A DNA stretch of 64,000 nt from the NCBI GenBank assembly GCA_964371535.1, contig CAYJMH010000010.1:2607-66606 (forward strand), read 5' to 3'. This document shows positions 28,515-37,269 of the stretch, piece by piece (the first letter of the stretch is position 1; the number at the start of each line of letters is the position of its first letter). The position numbers and the translations under genes are program-made. This DNA comes from an uncultured Bacteroides sp. Its GTDB lineage: Bacteria; Bacillota; Clostridia; Oscillospirales; Ruminococcaceae. The notes beneath the pieces were generated by a model. It ran no database searches, had not been told where the DNA came from, and saw nothing but the letters and a program-made list of their open reading frames with translations.

Positions 28515-30440
28515 ATGATTTTAAAGTATTTATTTGGGCACACTATTTACGACAGAGTGGTGATTATTTACTTGACAAAAGTTTTTACAAGTTTTTTACA
28601 ACATAATAGGAAACTGGTTTTAATAATATTTGACATATTAACAGTATCGGCGGCTTATCTTGTCCCGTGGATATTAATTCAAGGCAGAACATCTTACACA
28701 GAGCACAACAGCTTACTTGTTGCCAGCTGTTTTTTCTTTGTTTGCTGCTATGAAATTGTATATGGTTTTATGGGCATGTATGACAGCCTTTGGCGCTATG
28801 CTGAAATTGTAGAATTTTTCAGGCTGTGTGTTGCGTCTGTAATAGCTGTTGCGGTTTTTGTTGGCGTTACAATGCTTCTTTTCAGTGCCGAGCGCCGTGT
28901 GCCAATTTCTGTTTACTTTTTAAGTGCAATTTTCGCGTCTTTTTTAACACTGTTTACGCGTTTGACGTATAGAATGTATAGAAATACAAAAATTGCATCG
29001 CGAAGGTTGGCGCGCAAGCGTGTTTTAATGATAGGCGCAGGCGATGCTGCAAGCACACTTTTACACGAGGTTTTTAAAAATAATTCTCCGACTATGAACA
29101 TAATATGTTGTGTTGACGATGCAAAAGAAAAAGTTGGACGCTCTATAATGGGCGTTGAAATTATGGGCACCACAGAAGATATACCGGAACTTGTTGAACA
29201 GTGTGAAATAGAGACTATCCTTCTTGCAATACCGGCAGTTTCTGAAGATGACAAACGCCGAATTTTGAGCATTTGCAACAGGACGAAATGCAACATACAA
29301 ATATTGCCCGATATTGTGAAGCTAATATCAGACGGCAAGGACTTTTTGTCGCGTGTTAGAGACGTGCGTGTTGAAGATGTTCTGGGTAGAGAAGAAGTAG
29401 AACTTTCAGGCATATCGAAAAAAATGCTCGAGGGCAAAGTTATCATGGTCACGGGCGGTGGCGGCTCAATAGGTTCCGGCCTTTGCAGGCAAATTGCACA
29501 GCACAAACCAAAAAAACTTGTTATAGTTGATATATATGAGAACAACGCATATGACGTGCAGCAAGAACTTTTGCGCACGTATAAAAACGAGCTTTTGCTC
29601 GACGTTTATATAGCATCTGTGCGTGACTCTAAAAAAATAGATGCGCTTTTTGAAAAAGTTAGGCCGCAAATTGTGTTTCATGCTGCGGCGCACAAGCATG
29701 TGCCATTAATGGAGGATTCACCTGAGGAGGCTGTTAAAAATAATATATTCGGCACATTTAATGTTGCGTTGTCGGCAGACAAGTACAGTGCCGAGCAATT
29801 TGTGCTTATTTCTACCGATAAAGCTGTTAACCCAACAAATGTTATGGGCGCAACTAAGCGTATATGTGAGATGATTGTGCAGGCAATGGCGCAAAAAAGC
29901 AAAACGAAGTTTTCTGCTGTGCGCTTCGGCAATGTACTTGGGTCAAACGGTTCTGTGTTGCCGCTTTTTAAACAGCAAATAGAATGCGGCGGCCCGCTTA
30001 CTGTAACGCACCCTGACATTGTGCGCTATTTTATGACGATACAAGAGGCCGTTCACCTTGTTATTGAGGCAGCGGCAATGGGCGGCAGAGGCAATATTTA
30101 TGTGCTGGACATGGGCAACCCTGTTAGGATACTTGACCTTGCGGAAAATTTAATTAAGCTTTCGGGCTTTATTCCGTATCGTGATGTTGAAATCAAGTTT
30201 ACCGGCCTTCGCCCGGGTGAAAAGCTTTTTGAAGAGCTTTTAATGGACGAAGAGGGCCTTATAAAAACAAGCAACAAAAAAATATTTATTGGCGCGCCAC
30301 TGGAGCTTAACAAAAACACATTTTTTGACCACTTAAAAACGTTGAAAGAAATTGCATACGCAAATAACAGCGAAAACCTTGTGCAGGTGCTTATAGATTT
30401 AGTGCCAACGTTTAACCATAATGCAAACGGAGATGTCTAA
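28515..30440 (+). CDS. membrane-bound nucleoside-diphosphate sugar 4,6-dehydratase (CapD/PglF family)
   Basis: N-terminal TMs; VTGGGGSIGS, HAAAHKHVP, ISTDKAVNP, VRFGNVLGS, GLRPGEKL; true start may be TTG 28572. Confidence 0.92.
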   Translation: MILKYLFGHTIYDRVVIIYLTKVFTSFLQHNRKLVLIIFDILTVSAAYLVPWILIQGRTSYTEHNSLLVASCFFFVCCYEIVYGFMGMYDSLWRYAEIVEFFRLCVASVIAVAVFVGVTMLLFSAERRVPISVYFLSAIFASFLTLFTRLTYRMYRNTKIASRRLARKRVLMIGAGDAASTLLHEVFKNNSPTMNIICCVDDAKEKVGRSIMGVEIMGTTEDIPELVEQCEIETILLAIPAVSEDDKRRILSICNRTKCNIQILPDIVKLISDGKDFLSRVRDVRVEDVLGREEVELSGISKKMLEGKVIMVTGGGGSIGSGLCRQIAQHKPKKLVIVDIYENNAYDVQQELLRTYKNELLLDVYIASVRDSKKIDALFEKVRPQIVFHAAAHKHVPLMEDSPEEAVKNNIFGTFNVALSADKYSAEQFVLISTDKAVNPTNVMGATKRICEMIVQAMAQKSKTKFSAVRFGNVLGSNGSVLPLFKQQIECGGPLTVTHPDIVRYFMTIQEAVHLVIEAAAMGGRGNIYVLDMGNPVRILDLAENLIKLSGFIPYRDVEIKFTGLRPGEKLFEELLMDEEGLIKTSNKKIFIGAPLELNKNTFFDHLKTLKEIAYANNSENLVQVLIDLVPTFNHNANGDV

Positions 30441-31024
30441 TGTATAAAAATTTTGTGAAGAGGATACTTGATTTTTTACTGAGTTTGATAGCGGCAATTG
30501 TGCTTTCGCCTATTCTTGTAATAATAGCTGTGCTTATTAAGTGCGATTCAAAAGGGCCGGTTCTTTTTACACAAGTGCGTGTGGGGCAAGATAAAAAGCA
30601 CTTTAAAATTTTAAAATTTCGCACAATGTATAAAGACACGCCAAAAAATGTGCCAACACATTTACTTGGCAAAGCAAACAAGCATATAACTAAAATTGGC
30701 GGCTTTTTGCGCAAAACCAGCCTAGACGAGTTGCCACAGCTTTTTAATATTATTGTAGGGCAAATGAGCATAGTAGGCCCACGCCCTGCCCTTTTTAACC
30801 AAGATGATTTAATTGCAAAGCGCGATGAGTATGGCGTTAATGTGCTTGTTCCGGGCCTTACGGGATATGCACAAATTAACGGAAGAGACGAGCTTCCGAT
30901 AGATGTAAAAGCACAACTTGATGCGTACTATGTACAAAATATCAGTTTTGTGCTGGACGTGAAGATTGTGTTTAAAACGGCGGCTAATGTGCTTACAAGC
31001 AAGGGAATAAAAGAGGGAAAGTAA
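30440..31024 (+). CDS. initiating phosphoglycosyl transferase (PglC-like sugar transferase)
   Basis: KRILD, KFRTM, SLDELPQL, MSIVGPRP, PGLTGYAQ. Confidence 0.92.
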   Translation: MYKNFVKRILDFLLSLIAAIVLSPILVIIAVLIKCDSKGPVLFTQVRVGQDKKHFKILKFRTMYKDTPKNVPTHLLGKANKHITKIGGFLRKTSLDELPQLFNIIVGQMSIVGPRPALFNQDDLIAKRDEYGVNVLVPGLTGYAQINGRDELPIDVKAQLDAYYVQNISFVLDVKIVFKTAANVLTSKGIKEGK

Positions 31025-31133
31025 TTTCAAATAAAACATAAATACAAATAATGTTTATAAAAGAACAGTGTGAAATGCGGCAGAATTTTGATGCATTAAA
31101 TTAATGCCAATTATAGGTAGAAGGGGAGAAACT

Positions 31134-32429
31134 TTGAATTATAACGAGGCTGTTGCGTGGGTGCACGGCTTGCCAAGGTTTGCAAAACACCCCGGCGTTG
31201 AGAATACTACGATGCTGTTAAACAGGCTTAATAACCCTGAAAAAACACTAAAATTTGTTCACGTTGCCGGCACAAATGGCAAGGGTAGTGTTACTATGAT
31301 GGTGTCGTCTGTTTTAAAGCAAGCCGGCTATAAGGTGGGCACAACAATAAGCCCATATGTTATAAATTTTTGCGAGAGATTTTTAATTAATTGTGAACTT
31401 GCAAGTGAAGAAAAAGTTGCAAAGGCACTTACCGCCGTAAAAAATGTTGTGGTTGAAAGCGACAGAATTGTAGAATTTGACGCTGTAACGGCCGCGGCTA
31501 TTATTTTGTTTTCTTGGGAAAAATGTGACATAGTATGCCTTGAGACAGGACTTGGTGGAAGACTTGATTCCAGCAATGCTGTGAAAAATACACTTGTTGC
31601 TTGCATAACGGCTATTGGCAAAGACCATATAGAATATTTGGGCGATACGTTAGACAAAATTGCCTTTGAAAAATGCGGAATATTTAAAAATAATTGCAAT
31701 GTTATTTCGTACCCAAAACAGGAAAAAAGTGCATTTGATGTAATAGAAAAAACAGCCGAAAAATGTGGATGTACACTTACAGTGCCAAACATAGACAACT
31801 TGCGCATATTACAAATAAAAAACCTAAACAATAGAAATTTAATTTTGAACGGCAGTAATGCCAGTTATAACAATATCAATTTAGAAGTGCCCTTTGCAGG
31901 TGAACACCAAATTTACAATGCAACAGTTGCATGTGAGGCTGCATATGCGCTTAAAAAGCACGGCTTTTTTATAAGTGATGATAATATTACAACTGGTATA
32001 AAGAACACAAAATTTCCTGCTCGTATAGAAATTTTGTCTAAAAACCCACTTGTAATATTAGATGGCTCGCACAACGCACAAGGGGCAAGCGCACTTGCGA
32101 AAACGTTGGAAAGTGCGGGATGTAACAATTTGATTGGCTTAATGGGTGTTTTGAAAAACAAGGGTGAAGATGAGATGATGAGTGCGCTTTGCCCGTTGTT
32201 TAAAAGTGTTTACACAATAAACCCTGACGAAAAACGTGGTTTAAGCGCAAAGAAACTTGCGAGTGTAGCAGAAAAATATTGTGACGATGTGTTGCCGTGT
32301 GACGATGTAGAAACTGCATTGCAAACTGCACTGGAAAAAGCAAAAGGGCATGGCACAGGCCTTGTTATTTGTGGAAGCTTATACCTTGCGGCAAAGGCAA
32401 GGGGCATATTACTAGCCCAAAATATCTAA
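31134..32429 (+). CDS. folC: folylpolyglutamate synthase/dihydrofolate synthase
   Basis: HVAGTNGKGS, LETGLGGRLD, LDGSHN, CGSLYL; likely TTG start after GGGGAG. Confidence 0.93.
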   Translation: MNYNEAVAWVHGLPRFAKHPGVENTTMLLNRLNNPEKTLKFVHVAGTNGKGSVTMMVSSVLKQAGYKVGTTISPYVINFCERFLINCELASEEKVAKALTAVKNVVVESDRIVEFDAVTAAAIILFSWEKCDIVCLETGLGGRLDSSNAVKNTLVACITAIGKDHIEYLGDTLDKIAFEKCGIFKNNCNVISYPKQEKSAFDVIEKTAEKCGCTLTVPNIDNLRILQIKNLNNRNLILNGSNASYNNINLEVPFAGEHQIYNATVACEAAYALKKHGFFISDDNITTGIKNTKFPARIEILSKNPLVILDGSHNAQGASALAKTLESAGCNNLIGLMGVLKNKGEDEMMSALCPLFKSVYTINPDEKRGLSAKKLASVAEKYCDDVLPCDDVETALQTALEKAKGHGTGLVICGSLYLAAKARGILLAQNI

Positions 32430-32446
32430 CTATAATAAACAAAATT

Positions 32447-32485
32447 AAAGGCGCTTAGTCAAACCAGCTTGACTAAGCGCCTTTT
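32447..32485. terminator. terminator between convergent folC and trmB
   Basis: AAAGGCGCTTAGTCAA-6 nt-TTGACTAAGCGCCTTTT. Confidence 0.8.
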
Positions 32486-32527
32486 GTATTAAAAAATGCA
32501 TACCATTTCGTAATTAAAACAAATACT

Positions 32528-32584
32528 AAAAGTTTTACTAAATTTTTTTCAAAAAATTTCGGGTTCTCAGGGCAGGGGCCTGAG
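32528..32584 (+). repeat. REP-like dispersed repeat, copy 1 (partial)
   Basis: AAAAGTTTTACTAAATTTTTT...AAATTTCGGGTTCTCAGGGCAGGGGCCTGAG, matching the copies at 49745 and 51261. Confidence 0.8.
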
Positions 32585-32604
32585 ACGTCTTAAGGGAAGA
32601 GAGC

Positions 32605-33285
32605 TTAATTATCAGTTTTAACCGCCGCAATTGCTGCGTGCGTTAAAAGGCCCATTTGCGTAAACATATTTTCATGCTCTGTTACAATGTTATCATGTGC
32701 AAAAAAAATTGCTTGCGAATGCAAATCCCACGTTTGCTTAACTATTTTAAATTGCGTTTTCTCAAAGTAAACCAAAGTATCTTCAAAAAGGTTGTCGTTG
32801 TCGCATTTGAAATAAATTTCAGCGCTTGGTGCAAGAAATTTTTTGTAATTCTCAAGCTGGCGCGTATGAGTTAGGCGGTGCTTTTTTTGGCCTGACTTTT
32901 TATTCCACGGGTTGCAAAAATTTATATAAATGCGCTCTATTTCATCTTTTTCGCACAAAATATTCCCAATTTGTTCAATGTTATAGCCTGTAATAAGTAC
33001 GTTGTCTATTTCACGTGCATGCGTTTCGAACGTGCTTTCAATATTGCGCTTTGCCAAAACAAGCACTTTGTCGGTAATGTCGATGCCAATATAATTTATA
33101 TTCGGGTTTTGCACACTTAATTGTGAAATAAACCCTCCTTTTCCACAGCCCAGCTCAATGTGCAGCGGCCGGTTTTGGCGCGTAAATTGTTCTTTCCACT
33201 TACCGCATAAATCCTCCGGTGCACGCTTGCACGCACTGAAAGCGTCGAGCTCGGGCCCGGCGTACGGTTTAAATCTCATTCTCAT
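32605..33285 (-). CDS. trmB: tRNA (guanine-N7)-methyltransferase
   Basis: IELGCGKG, YINFCNPW, HRLTH, FKCDN, TEHE motifs. Confidence 0.92.
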   Translation of the reverse strand: MRMRFKPYAGPELDAFSACKRAPEDLCGKWKEQFTRQNRPLHIELGCGKGGFISQLSVQNPNINYIGIDITDKVLVLAKRNIESTFETHAREIDNVLITGYNIEQIGNILCEKDEIERIYINFCNPWNKKSGQKKHRLTHTRQLENYKKFLAPSAEIYFKCDNDNLFEDTLVYFEKTQFKIVKQTWDLHSQAIFFAHDNIVTEHENMFTQMGLLTHAAIAAVKTDN

Positions 33286-33295
33286 TTATATTCTC

Positions 33296-33877
33296 CTAAT
33301 TGTTACAAAACATGCTTTTATATCGCTTTTTAATTATAAAATAAGCTATAACCACACAAATAACATCTATGCAAAAGAAAAACTGGGATATAACAAGCAA
33401 CACAAAACTGTTAGTTGTCAATAAGCGCAGTTTTAAGCACCTGTACAACACAATAATTGTGTATAAAGATGTGACGAAAAGCACACTGCCAGCCACAATT
33501 GCACCTACAATTATTGTTATAGGCATGCCAATTCCTGTTATGGAAAGCAAGGCGGCAATGAGTGTATATATAATAAAGTTAAACGCAAAATAAGGGATGT
33601 GTATAAGTTTAATCAACAACATACCGTCAATTAAGTCTTTAACTAATTGAGGTTTCTCTGCCACTTTTATAGTTTTTAGTATTGTAAAAACTATTGTAAA
33701 AATCCCCATGCAAATTGCAATTAAAATAGCATCTGCAAATTCAATATAAGCAGTGTTTTGAATTAAACTGTCAATAAAAGCACTTTCAAATGGCAGAATG
33801 TCAATGGATGCCATGAAAGGAATTTGCGTTAAGTATAACGAAAGTGAAAAGAGAATAATGATGATTTTTAAAAGCAC
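33296..33877 (-). CDS. hypothetical membrane protein
   Basis: 193 aa, several hydrophobic segments; GGTGG SD before GTG. Confidence 0.6.
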   Translation of the reverse strand: MLLKIIIILFSLSLYLTQIPFMASIDILPFESAFIDSLIQNTAYIEFADAILIAICMGIFTIVFTILKTIKVAEKPQLVKDLIDGMLLIKLIHIPYFAFNFIIYTLIAALLSITGIGMPITIIVGAIVAGSVLFVTSLYTIIVLYRCLKLRLLTTNSFVLLVISQFFFCIDVICVVIAYFIIKKRYKSMFCNN

Positions 33878-33981
33878 CTAAACCACCCCAAGCATTAATA
33901 TATTAATTGCAAACATTTAATAATTTTACATATTAAAATAAGCGCAAAATTATTAAAAGCTAAGCTAGTAACCACGGATAT

Positions 33982-34515
33982 TTAATTTTGGGCAACCCAT
34001 CGCTCGTCATGAGACAAAACCGCCGCGCCGTTTTCAATGCTTTTTTTTACGTCAATTATGCGTTGGTTGTCACTGCCGCGAAAGCGAAGCCCCAAACTTC
34101 GGCGCTTTTCAACATATGGGCCGTCTATTAATATGTGTATGTTGTAAAGCAGTTCCATTTGCCATTTATCGTTGCTGTTATAAAGTTCCTCGAATAAAAA
34201 GCCGGTATAACATGCAACTTCATAATCATGCTCGCTTAAAAGCTTTGCCAACACAGCAAAAGGTTCGGGCTGGCAAAAAGGTTCGCCGCCCGAAAATGTT
34301 ACACCTTTGCATAACTTATTTGCCTGCACTGCTAAAAACAGCTCGTTCACGCTTGTATCTTTGCCTGTGCCAAACGCATGGCTTTGTGGGTTGTGGCAGC
34401 CTGGGCACGCGTGTACACAGCCTTGGCTAAAAATTACAAACCGCAACCCGGGGCCGTCTACAACGCTGTCACCCTTAATACTTGCCACGTTTAAAAATAT
34501 ATTATCGTCAATCAT
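33982..34515 (-). CDS. nrdG: anaerobic RNR activating enzyme (radical SAM)
   Basis: VDGPGLR, GCVHACPGCHN (CxxxCxxC), SGGEP, FRGSDNQR. Confidence 0.95.
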   Translation of the reverse strand: MIDDNIFLNVASIKGDSVVDGPGLRFVIFSQGCVHACPGCHNPQSHAFGTGKDTSVNELFLAVQANKLCKGVTFSGGEPFCQPEPFAVLAKLLSEHDYEVACYTGFLFEELYNSNDKWQMELLYNIHILIDGPYVEKRRSLGLRFRGSDNQRIIDVKKSIENGAAVLSHDERWVAQN

Positions 34516-34535
34516 AAATTAAATATGGTATGAAA

Positions 34536-34700
34536 TCAGTTGTCCGCACTGTGTTTCACACGTTGTGATTCCTCGGCTTTTTTTGCGTCGTTCCATTTGT
34601 CCATGGTGCCAACAAGGTAGCCTGTAATTCTGCGTATTCTCTCGAACTCAACACCTTTGCCGTTTCTTGCCTCTAAATTAACTTTAATTTCCGGTGCCAT
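34536..34700 (-). CDS. stand-alone glycyl-radical domain of class III RNR (54 aa)
   Basis: Hand translation MAPEIKVNLEARNGKGVEFERIRRITGYLVGTMDKWNDAKKAEESQRVKHSADN; RITGYL motif; AAGGAGG SD 7 nt before the ATG; absent from the ORF track. Confidence 0.88.
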   Translation of the reverse strand: MAPEIKVNLEARNGKGVEFERIRRITGYLVGTMDKWNDAKKAEESQRVKHSADN

Positions 34701-34727
34701 GATATTTCCTCCTTTTAATGGTTGGGA

Positions 34728-36998
34728 CTACCTCAATTCAGGGTAAATCTTCTTCAATTCTTCCATTTTTTCGTCGCTCAATGCCTCGCCGGCTTTTCTG
34801 CCGCACCTTGGGCATTCATCGCCAATAATACCCACATAGCCGCACACGGGGTCCCTGTCCACAGGGTGGTTTATGCTGCCATAGCCAATGCCTGCATCGT
34901 GCATACAGCGCACAACTTCCTCAAATGCCTCTAGGTTATGCGCGGTGTCGCCGTCCAGCTCAACATAACTAATGTGCCCGGCGTTTGTAAGTGCATGGTA
35001 TGGTGCTTCTAAATTAATTTTATCATATACAGATATGTCATAGCTTACAGGTATATGGAAAGAGTTTGTGTAATACTCTTTGTCGGTTACGCCCTCAATT
35101 TTGCCAAACTTTTGGCTGTCCAGTTTCACAAATCTACCCGAAAGCCCCTCGGCGGGTGTTGCAAGCAGGCTGTAATTCAGTAGTTCTTTTTTTGCCCTTG
35201 TATCGCAAAATTCACGCATGAACGAAATAATTTTCAAGCCTTTTTCTTGCATTTCAGGGCTTTGGCCATGGTGCTTTCCATACAGTGCTACAAGCGTTTC
35301 AGCAAGGCCTATAAAGCCCATTGATAAGCTGCCGTGTACTATAACGCTTCTAACTTCATCAGACGGCCCAAGTTTTTCACTGTCAAGCCATATGCCTTGC
35401 CCCATTAAAAACGGGTAGTTATAAACACGCTTTTTGCCTTGAAGTTCAAAGCGGTCTTTAAGCTGGTCTGTTACAAGTTGCATTTTATCAGTTAATAATT
35501 CGAAGAACTTTGCCTCGTCGCCTTTTGCAAGCAAGGCAAGACGAACAAGGTTAATAGACGTGAAAGACAAATTGCCCCTAGAATATGATATTTCGTTGTT
35601 TGGGTGCGCAAAATTTGCCATTACCCTTGTGCGGCAACCCATTGTTGCAACTTCGGTCTCGGGCTTACCCTCTTTATAATATTGCAAATTAAACGGGCTG
35701 TCTAAAAAAACATAGTTTGGGAAAAGCCTTTTTGCACTAACCCTAAAAGAAAGCTTGAATAAATCATAGTTTGGGTCGCTCTCGTTATAGTTTACGCCCT
35801 CTTTAACTTTAAAAATGTGTATAGGGAAAATTGCAGTCTCACCATGGCCAAGGCCACGTTCGGTAGCAAGTAAAATTGCCTTTATAACAAGACGCCCCTC
35901 AGGCGAAGTGTCAGTTCCGTAGTTTATGGAGGAAAAAGGCGTTTGTGCGCCGGCACGTGAGTGCATTGTATTCAAGTTGTGAACAAAGCCCTCCATTGCT
36001 TGCATTGTCTGCTTTTCTGTGTGTTGAAGCGAGCGACGTCGCACATTTTTAACAAGCTGCTCGCACTCTTTTGCACCTAAGCCGCTTTTTTCTGTAATAT
36101 ACTCTATAACAACTTCATCAAATTTCTTTGCATCTGTTTCCATCCGGACAAAGCTGCTTTCGGTAGCTTTGCAGGCTGCCTCAATTGCACTTTGTGCAAG
36201 TGCTTTTTCGTCAGACGTGCCTTTTGCGTCCTCTAGGCACTCATATAAACGCTGTGTATATTGCTTTTCAAATGTTTTTGCTACACCGGCAGACATGGCA
36301 TAGTCGAAGTTTGGCACGCCTTGGCCCCCGTGCTGGTCGTTTTGGTTAGATTGAATTGCAATTGCTGCAAGCGCAGCATAACTGGCAATACTTTGTGGCT
36401 CACGCAAGTAGCCATGCCCTGTTGAAAACCCACCTTTAAACAGCTTTACCAAATCTATTTGGCAACACGTTGTTGTAAGTGCATAAAAATCAAAATCGTG
36501 TATGTGTATGTCACCCTCACTGTGTGCCTTTGCCTGTTGAGGTGTAAGTAAATTTAAAATGTTATATGCTTTGGCGCCTGCTGTGCCAATTTGAAGCATA
36601 CTGCCCATTGCTGTGTTACCGTCTATGTTTGCATTGTCGCGCTTAATATCGCTTACACGTGCATCAATTGTGGTTATTTCGTCAATACTGCGCATTAAAG
36701 ACATATTTGCCTCACGCATACGTGTACGCTGTGCGCGATATAATATATATAGCTTCGCCGATTCTTCAAAACCTGCACGCATCATTTCGTGCTCTACGGT
36801 ATCTTGAATTTGCTCAATTTGTGGTGGCTCGCCTGCACACTGCTTCTCTAGGCTTGCGCCAACACTTTGTGTAATACGCGCGGCATCTTGTGCGTCGCCC
36901 TCGTTTGCCGCCTGCAGTGCTTTTAATATTGCCGCGGCAATTTTATCTTCATTATACAATACAACGCGGCCGTCACGTTTTTTTACACTTTTCAGCAT
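34728..36998 (-). CDS. nrdD: class III anaerobic ribonucleoside-triphosphate reductase, large chain lacking the glycyl-radical tail
   Basis: N-terminal ATP-cone (VKKRDGR), IHIHDFD, TTCCQID, MGCRT finger loop, YYTNSFH, terminal DPVC..CPRC; no RxxGY motif. Confidence 0.93.
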   Translation of the reverse strand: MLKSVKKRDGRVVLYNEDKIAAAILKALQAANEGDAQDAARITQSVGASLEKQCAGEPPQIEQIQDTVEHEMMRAGFEESAKLYILYRAQRTRMREANMSLMRSIDEITTIDARVSDIKRDNANIDGNTAMGSMLQIGTAGAKAYNILNLLTPQQAKAHSEGDIHIHDFDFYALTTTCCQIDLVKLFKGGFSTGHGYLREPQSIASYAALAAIAIQSNQNDQHGGQGVPNFDYAMSAGVAKTFEKQYTQRLYECLEDAKGTSDEKALAQSAIEAACKATESSFVRMETDAKKFDEVVIEYITEKSGLGAKECEQLVKNVRRRSLQHTEKQTMQAMEGFVHNLNTMHSRAGAQTPFSSINYGTDTSPEGRLVIKAILLATERGLGHGETAIFPIHIFKVKEGVNYNESDPNYDLFKLSFRVSAKRLFPNYVFLDSPFNLQYYKEGKPETEVATMGCRTRVMANFAHPNNEISYSRGNLSFTSINLVRLALLAKGDEAKFFELLTDKMQLVTDQLKDRFELQGKKRVYNYPFLMGQGIWLDSEKLGPSDEVRSVIVHGSLSMGFIGLAETLVALYGKHHGQSPEMQEKGLKIISFMREFCDTRAKKELLNYSLLATPAEGLSGRFVKLDSQKFGKIEGVTDKEYYTNSFHIPVSYDISVYDKINLEAPYHALTNAGHISYVELDGDTAHNLEAFEEVVRCMHDAGIGYGSINHPVDRDPVCGYVGIIGDECPRCGRKAGEALSDEKMEELKKIYPELR

Positions 36999-37026
36999 TT
37001 GTTATCTCCTTTAAACAACACACATT

Positions 37027-37080
37027 TTTCAAAATATAGCGCCTGTATAATATTATTACACTATATGTAGTATATGTCAA
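37027..37080 (-). promoter_or_regulatory. nrdD promoter with tandem NrdR boxes
   Basis: Boxes ACACTATATGTAGTAT (37058-37073) and TTTCAAAATATAGCGC (37027-37042), 31 bp apart; minus-strand TTGACA-17-AATAAT with extended TG. Confidence 0.7.
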
Positions 37081-37269
37081 TATTAAAAATGCAAAAAAAT
37101 ATTTTTTTATTTTTTGCCAAAATTCAGGACAAAAAAATGTTCAATATTATAAAAAATTCTAAAAAAAATATATACAAATTGCAAAGTTTGTGTTTAAAGT
37201 ATTGCAATATATACTAAAATGGTATATATTAATATTATAAAGCAATGAATTTTTAAATTTAAAGGCAAG

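Noticed and set aside
34728..36998. nrdD as a pseudogene
   Set aside because: The missing tail is present as an intact ORF with a strong SD, and nrdG, the promoter and NrdR boxes are intact.
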